From: Lama guanicoe
Lineage: Eukaryota
DNA length: 64,000 nucleotides
Reading direction: 5' to 3'
Assembly: GCA_013239625.1 (NCBI GenBank)
Contig: MU053645.1
Coordinates: 1,108,274 to 1,172,273 of the forward strand
Under the pieces are notes generated by a model, which did no database searches, was not told where the DNA came from, and saw only the letters and a list, made by a program, of their open reading frames with translations. Positions within the stretch are counted from its first letter, which is position 1, and the number at the start of each line of letters is the position of its first letter. The position numbers and the translations under genes are program-made. This document shows positions 21,901 to 34,580 of the stretch, piece after piece.

Positions 21901-24139
21901 TATACACAAATAAAAAATACCTAACAATTCAATTAAGGAAATACACGGTTGTAAATTAAAATAGCTGAATGGAATTACATTATATCAACATTATTATATG
22001 CACATGAGAAGGGGGAAGCACACACATTAAGGCACTTTCTTGATTCCATAAACTCATATCTTATGTGCCTCAAAGACTGGAAAAATTTTACCTCCCATGG
22101 TACACTGAAGTGTTTTTTACAATGCCTTCAAAATGCACATGTGAAAGGCAGGGACTTGTCTTACAAACTTAAAAGACTACTAGAAAATAACCTAGCAATT
22201 TACTCAATAACATAAATGGAATTACCTTGGTTGGAATATTGAAACACACACAAGAGTGCTTATTTGTAAACAGCCCAGAGGGTATGGTTTTCATATGACC
22301 TTAGAAAAGGAAAGATAATATTTATATAGGACTTTCTATTTTATAGACAAAGTAAGAATTATATTGCTCTGTGCTTTAAATATGTGGAAATTTTAACAAA
22401 AGATCTTACAAATAAGTATGTAAGATTATCTTTAACAAGACAGTATCTATCTTTATTCAATAACCACTGAACTAAATAACTGAGAGCTTTATTTTTTGAA
22501 TTTCTGGTGATTGAAAATCTCTTTCATATAAGAGCTTTAGGTCTGAACAAAATAAACTTCTGTTGTTACAAACCACTGCATCAGTGAGCATCTCTAAAGT
22601 GGTTTACCAAAGAACAGAGGGAAGAGATTGAGTGGAAATGAAGAAAACACACAGGGCAAACAAATGGTGATACTGCCTTAACTTAGTAAATTGTATTTTG
22701 GCCATAATAAAATAATCAGGCATATAAATATGAAGGTGAAAATGTTATTTGAGGATTTACAATTGGAACAAACAATATGGTGTCATTCTTCAATAATAAT
22801 CTGGCTCAAAATGTAACCAAAGCAGCAGCTTAAACTTCATCCTGAAAAAATGACTAAAGTCCATGGGAATACCCTACAGAAAAGATACTCAAATGATAAG
22901 CATAATATGAAACTTGAAATTGCACTTCAGTTAGTATATCTCTCTCATATGGAAAACTGAGGTCCAGATCATCTAAGAGACTTGCCTAGAGTCACACAAA
23001 ATATAACTCCTAAATGACTGGTTTCCAAAGTGGAGCATGTTTACTTTGTGGTAATAAAAGAGTTCCACAAGGGAAAGGAAAAAATATTAAAAGCCCATAA
23101 TATTTTTTGTGTTTTATCATGTATGAAATGTGTTTGCAGAGCTATGTGCACTCAAAAAATTTTTCTGATTTTTATGCCCAGTTAAAATCATTTGTAGACC
23201 ACTATCTTAAAATTATAACCCAGACACGGACCAGACTTTCCCTCATCACCCCTCTAAGCCCCTCTCCGATCCAGCCATGTCTGCCCCTGAACACATGCAA
23301 CTCTGTCAATCAACTGAACACACACCCTTTCTCAGCTGCGGATCAGGAATCACCATTATCTCAGCCAGGATTTTTAAATTCTTATTTCTTTATCTGCATG
23401 CTTCAAAATGTCTTCATTCTTCCTTGAAATACACAGATTAAAAAGAAGAAAGAAACCCAACTATTAAGGTAACACTGCTTTCTCTGCTGTGAATAGTCAA
23501 AGGAAATAAGAACTTTTAATAAAATATAAACAACCACCAAAAACACCTCTTTCACCTTACCGAATACACAATACAAAATCACCTTTGAGGATCCTTTGAA
23601 AGAGATATATAGTCAGTATCTGACATGCTAATTGAGTTATCAGTCCTCAAAGGCTGATGAAGAGTGAATCAATTATCACATATACTTTTTATTCTGCAGC
23701 CTATACGCTGATAAACAACACTCGGGCCACCCTCTACTGGGCCTCTGCCCAACATCCCTGAGACTGACACTCTACTGGAAGGGAGTTAATTTTGGTGAAA
23801 TAAAAGTGTGTGGGAGTAGATCTACACTGATTACAACTTGAGTTTAAAAGTTAAATTTGGGAGATTCTGCAGCTTAGAGTTCCTTAAGGATGCAGCATTT
23901 TCAACAAGGAAAAACCTCAAGACACGGTAGAAAGAAGCAGTGACCATGGGGATATTGTACCCTCACTAAGTTTTAAAAGAGAAGCTAAAAACATACATGA
24001 GTCTCTGTTGAACAATTTCCTTAAAATTTATAAGGCAGGACAATCTTCAGATGAGTTATTTGGGCATTTCAGAAGTCTGCATTCCCTTGGATGATGATCA
24101 GAATACGTGGGTGTCCTCAATGCACTCCTCCTTATAACA

Positions 24140-24360
24140 CAACAGTTTAAGGCACAGGTTCTGGAGTCAGACTTCCTGGCTTTGAATCGTGGCTCTGACA
24201 CTTACTAGCTGTATGACCACTGGCAAGTTATTTAATTACTCTAAACCTCAGTTTCCCTATCCACAAAACAGAGATCAAAAGAGAGTCTAACTAAGAGGTC
24301 TGCTGTGATAATTAAATGATTTGATAAATGGTACCTGACATAAAGTACCTGATAAATTGT
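24140..24360 (+). mobile_element. MIR
   Basis: ggttctggagtcagac...cacttactagctgtatgacc...ggcaagttatttaa...cctcagtttccc. Confidence 0.85.
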
Positions 24361-26774
24361 GGTTGCTATCGTGGTGGTGGTTGGAGATGAGTGTCACATC
24401 AAGCTTCCTGAGGATTGGAGTTGCCATCTAAAACACAGGATGACCAAGGTCTATCATTCTATTACGCTATTCTTATTTAGCATTTGCTTGTCACTGAGTA
24501 TGACATGTAGGGACTTGTACAGGAGAATTACATCAAACCAGACTACTGCCTTCAAAGACTCTCATTTGGCTTCTTTATTACACACTTATGATTGGGAAAG
24601 GCAGCACTCTCACTTCTTAACTTCCACAGGACTAACTGAATTTCAACTTCGCATACCAACAAAAGTACAATGTTTTCCAATGCCCTATTTACCATTAACA
24701 TGTATTCAACTGGTAAGGAGGACTGTGTTCTATTGGATGAAATAGGGTAATTCCATTGAGTCCAAGGACCAGGAATATAATGACAACTCCTCTAGTTAGA
24801 ACAGAGTTCCAGCTGCAGTGGGGCCTCCGAGGATTGGTGGCTCTACCAAAAGCCTCTCTGCTTCTTGGCCTTGACACTGGAGTCACATTTTGAATTTCAA
24901 GTATCTTCTCATCACACAGCGTCTCAACTTTGGCACCTCTTATCTTGAAATGGGATGGTAACAGGGTTAACAAATAGGGAAAGGATATGAGTTCCAGTAA
25001 TGTAGGTAACAAACACAGCTTACTACACAGATGGCAGGTATACAGAGCAAGAGACTCAGCCCTCCTCCTGGTTGGAGCGGTAAGCTTCCTTGATCTTCAG
25101 GTCCTCTGAAAATACACTAATGTCCATGATACCAACTGACTGGGATTAGGAACCCATTTAGTCCTTTATGTAAGGCATCCTTTGCCCTTTTCAATACTAT
25201 CTTGGCCATTCCTAATTATTCTAGAGACTCGGCTTACTTATCTGCTTGCCTACCTAGCCATAAGGTTGCAAATAAGAAAACAACTCAGTACATAGCTGCA
25301 TGCTTCCTGCAAGGATGAGTAAAGAATAGCGCTATTTCCAAGATTCAGTTTTTCAGACACTCCCCTCACAGCAGGCCTAGGTTTAAGACTCTCTAAATTC
25401 TACACTTGTTAATAGTTTTTTGTTTATATATTTTTAGCAAAGGAATTCTTTCTTCAACTAACAACTCATACTAAAATCGAATATAAAAAGAGATTAAAGT
25501 GGAGGTGCAGTGGTTGAAAGTGATTGAGAGGCCCAGGGCCTTGCCTTTTGGGCCATCTGTTCTGCACCCCCATCTGCCAATCTCAGTTACCCCAGTGTAC
25601 GCTGATGATTGAGAGTATATATTTGGAAGGTAGAATGGCTAGATTGAACCCTGACTCTAGCATTTCCTTTCTAAAACATAGATTACAATGTGGGGAGATG
25701 GCTACGAATATCCTGGGAATAGGTAGAAAAAGAGAAAATGGGAGCTCCATGAATTCAAAAGGTCATTAATTAAACCTGGGACAGGCACTTAAAGCCTAAC
25801 TCACCTTTTTGCCTCAGGGTAGATAATTGGCCTTGGGCAAAAAATAATACTGGATGTCATGACAATTAGATAATACATTTATATGACTTATTTAAAAAAA
25901 AGAAAAAGAAAAAGAAAAACGTTGGACAGCAATTAGTCAGCATGTGTCGGAATCTTTCAATGACAGTGGCAACAGGAGAGAAATAGCAGCTGATAACATG
26001 ACTGGCTTCACCAAGTTAAGGGCTGAGGCAGTGCTGAGATCCGAACAGAATGCAAGCCATGATGCTCAGGTTTAGTGACAAACCTTTAGAAAGGCTTAAG
26101 AAACACCCTGCATCTGGGAAAGATTATGCTAACGAGGTACTTTGCATTATGTCCATACATCATAATGCAGACTGCCAGCTGTGAGAGCACATCTGGACAG
26201 CATGGATGTGATTCCAGTCAATCTCTAAGGGAACTATTATATCAAGGCAAGTGCCAGCTGAACACGTTTGAAGTCTATAACAGTCTTTGAATTTTAAGAC
26301 GAACAGCCTGTTTCAGACAATAGGATTATCAACATACATGATAGATCTTTTCTAATTATTGCTACTTTGTCAGAGAAGATTTTTCTATGTATTGCACAAA
26401 AACAAAATCTACCACATTCTTTAGCATTCATTAAATCTGTGTGACCTTTTCTACATAGGCTTACGAATGGTAATAATTACCCAACAAAATAATTACCCAA
26501 CGTGGCTCTTCCCTATCTTATGACATGACCTCAGAAAACTGGCCCTCATCCTTTTCTCAACCAACACATGCATATTTCCTAGATTGAGTACCACAAAGTT
26601 ATACAGTCAATGCCCAGGGCTATCTTCAACACAATGCAAGGAGTATTAAGTCCTCTGGACTGGTATGGTCAACAACTATTTGAGGCACATGATGTGCAAG
26701 GCGGTATGTTGAGGAATCTAAAGATACCCTAGTTTGTAATGAAAATAAAATGAGTTACATAATGAGGGGCTCAT

Positions 26775-26950
26775 AGAAAGCTGTGAAAGGAACCTTGGGG
26801 AATCTGTAGCTCAATTACCTCATTTTTTTTAACTTCCTCATTTTACAGATGAATAAACTAAAGCTCCTTGTTATACACTTGCTTAATGGCAGTACCAGGG
26901 CAAAGTCTGGGGTCTCTTGATTCTCATATTGATACTTTTTCTAGTTCATC
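26775..26950 (-). mobile_element. MIR/MIR3 relic
   Basis: ctcattttacagatgaataaactaaagctc...ggtctcttgattctca. Confidence 0.65.
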
Positions 26951-27185
26951 ACAGTATGCTCAGCAACTTTGGGAAAGAGGAGGTAGAATTTACTTCTCAG
27001 TGGAGATCTGGAAAAGCTGCAGTGGAAAAGCTACCCTCTGAAGATTGTTCAGAATACGACAGGTAAAGGTGAACAAAGGGGCAAACACAGCAAGGAAAAG
27101 GAAGAGCAGAAGCATTTGTGCATTCCTGGGAAAGCATGAGTCATTTCTGGAGACCCCAAAACAGTCTAGTTTAGCTAGAAACTTG

Positions 27186-27379
27186 CAGTTTCTTGACAAG
27201 GGTGCTGTTGGCATTTTCAGTGGGACAGTTCTGAAATGGTGTCTATTTCACTTAATACAAGATGCTTGGCATCCCTTGCTCCAGATCACTAGACACCCAT
27301 AACATCCTCACTCTTTGTGACAACCCAAAACACCCCCAACAGATTTCCAAACGCCAGCAGTCCCAGTTTAGAACCACTG
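27186..27379. mobile_element. MER20-like hAT-Charlie DNA transposon
   Basis: gcatccctt...cactaga...ttgtgacaacccaaaa...ccagtttagaaccactg terminal repeat. Confidence 0.65.
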
Positions 27380-28404
27380 AGCAAAAATATGGGTTGTCTA
27401 GAAACAGGAAGAGTATTTGAGAAGGCTGAAAGTAGGCTGGGTTCAGATAATGAAAAACCTTAAAGAAGCTCATACTTTTTTCAATAGACTACAGGGAAAC
27501 ACTGAATGTAGGGGGGACAAGGCCTGTGTTATCTAAAGTTTCACGTGTTTCCAGGTGCATTCAGCATAGCTGAAAAGAAAACCAAAAGGTGTTAAATATA
27601 TTCATCGCAAGCAGGTGTTTGGTATTTTACAGGACACAAAAATACCTCTTTACTGAATGGCAGACTGTTCAAAACCTTAGTGTTATGAGATTATGTCAGC
27701 ATTTTCATGAGAAACCCCTATTTTTCTAAGCATATGTATTTTCATTTTTGGAGATAAGTTGGAAAACATCAGATTGGTTGTTTCTAAATTAAAGCAGAGA
27801 CATTAGAAAAATATCCCTTTTAGTCAGAGACATTATGCCAAGATGCCATGTAAAGAATCGCAACAAGAACGTGAATCAACTTCTAGGGACATTCGAACCC
27901 CCAAAATTTTATGGAGTTCCCTCATGTTTTGAAATGGCAAAGCAAAGCACCAGCCACTTGGTGACAAATCAGCACCTGACATTGTACCTGATGGATGGCC
28001 CCCAGAAATTCCCTGGTTCTAATTTTCTGAAATGTACTAGTTTTCAAAAAAAAATTGAAAATGTATCTTACTACAGAAATGTCCAGATGAATCCTGGGGA
28101 GGAAAATAAAACACACCAGAGTACATCTAGCAAGCTAATATTCTCCGCCCAATGATCACCCGCCAAGGCCACTCATTTGGCACCCAGCCACATCAGTTTC
28201 AGGGCAATAGGATACACCCCAAGCGCTAGCCAGTCACCTTGTAAATGTATAATCTGAGTCAACTAAATACCACCTGAGGGACTGTTGTTCAGGGCAAAAT
28301 CAACCCCAATACAAATAAATAAATACCTTGTCCTGAAGATCCTGAAAATAATGGTTAATTCGTGTCATCTCATACCTATCTCTTGAGGTTGATATCACAG
28401 GGGC

Positions 28405-28640
28405 TAACATAATGGACTCTGGAGCCAGATCCCCTAGGTTTGAACTGTGGCTACACCATTTACTAGCTGAGAGGCCTTAAGCATGTTCCTCAATGACTCT
28501 CTCTGTTCCTCAATGACAAAAACAGAAGTATCTACCTCGTAGGGTTGTGAAAATTAGCCAATACATGCAAAACACGTACATACTTACGGTGCCTAGTACA
28601 TATTAAGTGTCAATGTTAATCATGATGATGATGATGATGT
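28405..28640 (+). mobile_element. MIR with (GAT)n tail
   Basis: ggactctggagccagat...ggtttgaa...ccatttactagctg...tatctacctcgtagggttgtg. Confidence 0.8.
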
Positions 28641-29735
28641 CATATGATGGGGAAGGTATCTAAAAATCAATGAAAATAGAATCTGGAAGGGACACTTCTC
28701 TATCTGATGTGAATCAAAAGGAAGGAGGGAAGGAAGGAAAGGTAGACCACAAATTATTCCAAGGGGACATCATAGGATTTCTACATTTTCCTTTAAGTCC
28801 TTTAAGCTTTGAAATGGGGCTTAGAATTCTTGATATCTAGAAAAGGGTTCTCTAATGGAGGCTTTCCCCATCTCAGTAGGGTAAATTGAGCCAACTGCTT
28901 TCCCTAACCTCTTTCCTCTCAAGAAAATGTTGATTTATTTGCAGGAGCTACTACAAATACTTTATAAAATGCTGTATTGCTTTGATTTCCAGTTAACTGA
29001 CCAATAAGTGCTGGGTCAAGATCCCTCTGACCATGCCAATGCACAGGGTCAGTTTTCACTGTGTACACTCCCCAACAAACATCAAGAAAACAAGGCCTGG
29101 CTGAAAATCAGGACCTGAATGGCCTCAGTAGATCACTAGATATTTGGAAAGAGTTTGATAGAGCTTTGAAATCATTCATCAAGATGATTTGCCATGAATG
29201 GGTGGCATTTTTCAGGAAGTATCTCTGCCTGTCATTCAGAAACAGAGGATAAGTATTTTTAGGAAAGCATGGGGGAATGGAGGTCTCTAAGATCAATACC
29301 AGTGATACAAGTACTTTTCATTTTCAGTTCTGCTCAAGACCTTACAGACAATTTATTTGACTGCAGCTGCAACAATCCACAAAGTTCAGTGCCCTGTTCT
29401 CACTATTGCAAGTAAGTGGTCATTACCCAAATATTTTTTATGAGAGGGTCATGTGGTTATCCCACACAAACCAGAGAAATATCCAAAATACAAGTCATAA
29501 AAATATATTCAGGGTCAGTGTGTGTGTTTCGTATGTGTTTACAGTGGCCCTAACAAGGGGAGTAGGAGGCAGTGGCCTTTACTTACATGTGATTTCCACT
29601 ATGACAGTGAATTTGTACCAAGAAAAGTACAAAGCAGAACATTTTAGAAATATTACTGTATTAACAGTTCCTGAAGCAAAAGCTCAAATTGATTTTTCTT
29701 TTAAAATCCAGGGCAATTTAAAAGACTCAAAGGTC

Positions 29736-29940
29736 TTTTTTTTTTCTTTTTTAATTGAGGTATAGTTGATTTACAATATTACATAAGTTACAGGTGTACA
29801 ATGTAGTGGTTCACAATTTTTAAAGGTTATGCTTCATTTACAGTTATTATAAAATATTGGCTATATTCCCTGTGCTGTATTTATTTTAAACATAGTTGTT
29901 TGTACTTCTTAATTCCCTACCCCACCTTGCCCGTCCCTTA
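29736..29940 (-). mobile_element. Artiodactyl/laurasiatherian L1 3' end
   Basis: T-run, then ttaattgaggtatagttgatttacaatatt...aatattggctatattccctgtgctgta. Confidence 0.88.
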
Positions 29941-30369
29941 GTTATTTTAAAGTCTGTGCCTAATAACATTATATCTGGATAGTCTATGCATTTGTTTCTA
30001 TTTTACATTATTTCTCTCAGTTTTTGATTACATTGTATCATCTGGTCTTCTTGAATATTTCTTTATTGAGTGGTTGATATCATAAGACTTCGGATGGTGT
30101 TTCTTTTTCCCAGTGTGCTCAAAGATTTTACCTATTCTTCTACGGATATTTCTAATGAGAAAAGGGAAGGGAATCCAATTTCACCCACACAGGCACACAC
30201 ACACACAGATGGCAGTACACTAAATATATAAGCTCTCTACAAATTGGTAATTGACCAAAACATACGGTATTTGTTAAGCTGCTTGCGAGGCATGACAAAC
30301 AGAATTCTATCTGCTTTGACATTAAGTGGAGCCTCAAATCAAGTCTTTTCAAAATACATTTCACTAATT

Positions 30370-30620
30370 TTATTTAACAAATGTTGCCATAGGATATACT
30401 GTGTGATAGACACTGTTTGAAGCATTTTACTATAGTTAACTCACTTACTCATCACAACTCTATGTGGCAGACAGTATTACTATCATCTCCATTTTACAAA
30501 TGATGAAGAGAGATTAAATGGCTTTCCTAAGGTCAGGTAGCTAGTAGGTCGCAAAGTTAGACTTTGAATCCAAGCAATCTGGCTCTAAAATCCAGGCTAT
30601 TAACCATTATGCTATCCAAC
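30370..30620 (-). mobile_element. MIR
   Basis: tattactatcatctccattttacaaatgatgaa...cctaaggtca...tttgaatccaagcaatctggctcta. Confidence 0.85.
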
Positions 30621-31039
30621 CTGGTCATAGTACAAAAACTGAAGACAAAATGAGGCTATAAATGTGGGACATTCAGGCTCCTTGCAGAAACGGAGCCAGG
30701 TTTCCATTATTTTTGTGATGTACAATGTCTTGTCTTTTGCCCCAAGACAAATTTTAGCCGTAGCTTCACTCCCATTCTCTCAGTGGCAAAATATAACCTT
30801 TCATTCTCTTACTCCTCACACAAAGTTTTTTAATTGCTCTGCAAGTGACAGTCTTGTATCTCCCTCTCAAATTTTTCTTCCAGTTCTTTCATTTAAGTAA
30901 CAACAGTGTTTAACCAATAGCCTGACTTATAAATCCAATCTTTTTTCCCCTGATACAGGTTTGGCTTGACTTTGTGAAAGCCCACTGGTTATCACAAGTG
31001 AGAGAATACCTGGACTACAAAGCAGCAGAACAACAGCAG

Positions 31040-31420
31040 CAGCAGTAACAGTACTACCAGATAAAAGTTTTAATGTACCATATTTCCCCAACACTGGCCC
31101 TAGACATGTTGTCAATATTTCCTTATTTAATCCTCACAAAATCCCTGAGAAAGCAAGGTATTATTCGAATACCACAGGCAAGGAAACATAGTTTAAAACA
31201 ATAAGCAACGTAACTCAAGTTGTCCAAGTAGTAGATTTGAATCAAGGTCAATCTGACTTATTGCCCATCATACTGGTTACCATCAGAACAAGTATTACAC
31301 TGATTTTATATTAAACGAATGCTCAAGTGGTTTGCCACTTGTTGCTCAACCAGTACATGGCAGATGCAGGATTTACACTTTGGTCTTAAAACCCAAAGAC
31401 CTGTGCTCATTCTATAAGAT
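31040..31420 (-). mobile_element. Two adjacent MIR relics
   Basis: ttatttaatcctcacaaaatccctgaga...aggaaac...tttgaatcaaggtcaatctgact; second fragment ggcagatgcaggattta. Confidence 0.65.
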
Positions 31421-31726
31421 CTTAAGTCTGGTTTTAGGTAAATGGTTTATAACTTGATGTCTTTGATGACAGTGTTGATCTAAATTCAACAATGTGGATC
31501 CTCTTGGGACTCAATTAATTAACTCAGCTAATTAATAATAGAGGGTAGAAGTGTCTGTGTGGTATGTATGCCAGAGCAAGAAGTGAGGGGGCAGTAAATG
31601 TAAATCACATTCTCTGTTATTCTAACCTGCCTATGGTGATGAAAATCACCAAAATGAATAGAACACTGAAGGGAGCCTGGTCTGACTTTTAGAATTTAGA
31701 AGAGGGAGAACATTTCGCCTTTGTTC

Positions 31727-32200
31727 TGTGGATAAAAAATACTGCAAGCCATATCAGTAAACAAAGAATGCTGACGCCACCTCCCATTGAAGAGAAGCCT
31801 GCAGCCCGGCCTCTGCAGCCACTCACAGCGGTGCGCCCTGAGGGGACTCAGAATAAGAAAGGACAGGATACTGGCCCTAGATAGCTGGGAGCTTGTCAAA
31901 GGAATGAAGTCAGTGAGCCCAAATGTTTGCTTCCTCCCATACAGAGAAAAGCACTAAATTCTTTAACTTGAAGTGCCTGGTTTTCTTTAGTTAACAAGTG
32001 ATCTTGTACTGTTCCGACTACCTGGTCTTTGTTGTAAAACCCCTATAGATCCTGGCTCCTCCCCTACCTCTTCAGAGCAGTCCCTCCGAGCGTTCTGGGA
32101 GACTGTCCTCCTGGGTTCAAAGGGGTTCGAGTCCTCAGAAATGGCCACCAAATAAAACATAACTCTCAGCTTTTAGGCTGTGTGTTTATTTCAGTCGACA
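31727..32200 (+). mobile_element. ERV1-type solo LTR, 474 bp (artiodactyl-type)
   Basis: TG...CA termini (tgtgga...tcgaca), 4-bp TSD gttc/gttt, TATA-like ctataga near 32043, AATAAA at 32151-32156; higher GC/CpG than flanks. Confidence 0.85.
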
Positions 32201-33259
32201 GTTTCATGAACCTTTTGGAGTTGGTCAGGGCATGCGTAGGAAGAAGTAAAGTAGATCACGAGATCATCAGGGAGAGGATTACACTTACTACTTAATGGAA
32301 AGACAGGCATATGCAAAAATAAATTTCTCTAACAATTTTCCAACTTTCTGCTTAAAAATCTTACCACGCACGCACACACTTTTAACAAAGTGCTAACACT
32401 CACAGGAGCAAATGCTACAGCTCAAAATGCAAATGTCTTTTCCATTACAATTCCTTTTTCAGTCACTCATAACTGCATCAACTATCCTGCATCTCAGCTA
32501 AAATAGTCTCTGTTTCACCTCAGGGCAAACACTGACTTTTTTTTCCCTTTTCTGAAAGAAGTGTGAAAAAGCCCCCTTTAGCTATCTATCTCTCAGTCAC
32601 CATCGGGAAAGGTGGGGAGGGAGATTTTTTATTATGATCAAATGGGGGAGAGGAAGAGAATGCAAAAAGAACTGTTACAGTTTCTGTGTCCAAAAGAGAG
32701 ACAGAGAAAAAAAAAAACAAAGTATCTGAACTTTAAAACTCAAGATGATATACTTTGCCATGTTTGAAAAATTGGCCAAGAATAAGTTATTACCATTTTA
32801 GAGTGGCTTGCTGAACTAGCAGATCCCCTGTTCCCTGAATGGGAACTCCTAGAGGAAGAAAAAGCGAAAGGCCTTCAGGGAAGAGAATGTCACAAGAGAA
32901 TGGAACAAGGGTTCAATTAATTTTCTTTTCCCAAAGGATGTGATTTTGACTCAGCCCCAAGGGTCCCAATCTATGCCGGCTGGCTGGATGTAGTACTGTT
33001 CATTTGAGCTGTCCCCAGGTCTTCACATTCTTTACTGTCCAGGCACATTTTTGTCGAGTTGGATTAATTGAACTCTGTATAAAGACAGAAGCATCTGATG
33101 GCAAGCCCCAATCATGTCATATATACTTTGATTCAAAATAACCTCTTTTTCAGTATGTTTTCTCTGTGGGTGTCTGTGTCTGTGAATGTTTGTGGGCTTT
33201 TACACAAATGTTTCAGTTTAGACCTTGGAGAACAATTCGAGATAAAAGTCACCTTAATA

Positions 33260-33480
33260 GTATTTATTTTTCTATTATGCATTCTAGTTATAAAAGCAAT
33301 CGATTTTCATCACAGCAAATGTGGGAAATATGGAAAAACATAAAAGAATAAAATGAGAATCACCAATATTCTGAGTACCCAAAGATGACTTTGGTATACA
33401 CCCTTCCAGTCTTCTTTCTATACACATTCTCTTTCCCAAGAGACTACTCTCTGCATACTATTTTGTAAACTGTTTTCTTA
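33260..33480 (-). mobile_element. Ancient L1 (L1ME-like) 3' end
   Basis: ttataaaagcaat...ggaaatatggaaaaacataaaagaataaaatgagaatcacc...ttggtata...ccttccagtc. Confidence 0.6.
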
Positions 33481-33489
33481 TGTCGCCAA

Positions 33490-34580
33490 ATGTGTTCCTT
33501 TTTTCTGTGTATAATTCCTTAGGTAAACTCACCCAATCTCATAGTTCTAAATACAATCCATTTGTTGATGACGTCCAACTGTCTATATCCAGCATAATGT
33601 CTCCCTCAAATCCTGGCTCATACATCAACAGCCTATACAACATTCCCCTTAGCTGTTTCATCGGCATCTTAAGCCACACATGCTCAAAACTGAGCTGTGA
33701 TGTTTGCCACCCTCCCCACCAGCCCCCTTCAGTTTTCCCCATCTCACTAACACTAACCACCATCCTTCTAGTTGTTCAACACCCCTCCCCCGAATTTTGA
33801 TTCCTTTCATCCTCTCATATTCCGCATGAGATCCATCAGAAAACCTTGAGAAACCTACCCTGACACCCTGACTATTACCCACCTGGAATCACCATCGTCT
33901 CTCACCAGGATTATCACAAAGCCTCCTAACTGATCTATTTCTGCCCTTGCCCACTTTGGTCTGCTGCCATCATTGCAATTAGAATGTTACCACTGAAGCA
34001 TAAGTTAGATCTTCACACTCTGGGTTCCATTTTCTCTCTTGGATAGAAGCCTTGACCAGGACCTACAAGGCCCTCTCCAATCTGGACCTCTGTACTTCCC
34101 CCAGGACCTCTGTTACCTCTCTTATCTGTTCTTCTCTTCCACTTGTCTATATGTATTCCTCCTGGAACACAGCGGCCTCATTACTATTCCTCAAATGCCC
34201 CAGGCACGCTCCCACCTCAGGGCTTTTGCACTTGAGGTTCCCCCTGCTCAGAATACTCTTCCCCCACGTATCCTCACGTCTTGCTCCCTCACATCCTTTA
34301 GAGGAGGCATTCTCAGTGAGGTGTTCCCTGGACTTTTTATCTAAAATTTCATGCATACACTTCTTATCCCACTTGCTTGAATTTTTTTCCTTTAGCTTTA
34401 ACATTGTGTATCACATAGTTTACTCATTTACCTTGATAGTGGTCTGTTGGCCCCACAGAAATGTAAGCTCTTTGAAGGCAGAGATTTTTTTTTCCATTTT
34501 TTAAAACAAATATATACCCAGCAACTAGAACAGTACCAGGCAGATGGTGTGTGCTCAGTAAGTATTTGGAGAATAAATTA
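33490..34580 (+). mobile_element. L2 (L2a-like) LINE, ~1.1 kb 3' portion including decayed RT end
   Basis: ORF 33480-33800 LFSVYNSLGKLTQSHSSKYNPFVDDVQLSISS aligns with L2 RT LFSLYT.SLGDLI.SHGF.YHLYADDSQIYISS; cacctcagggcttttgcact; tail gtgctcagtaagtatttg. Confidence 0.9.

Noticed and set aside
27480..27600. Minus-strand acceptor ttttcttttcag
   Set aside because: All frames stop within ~40 nt and there is no good donor
34039..34504. Overlapping 101-aa and 150-aa ORFs
   Set aside because: They lie within the decayed L2 element
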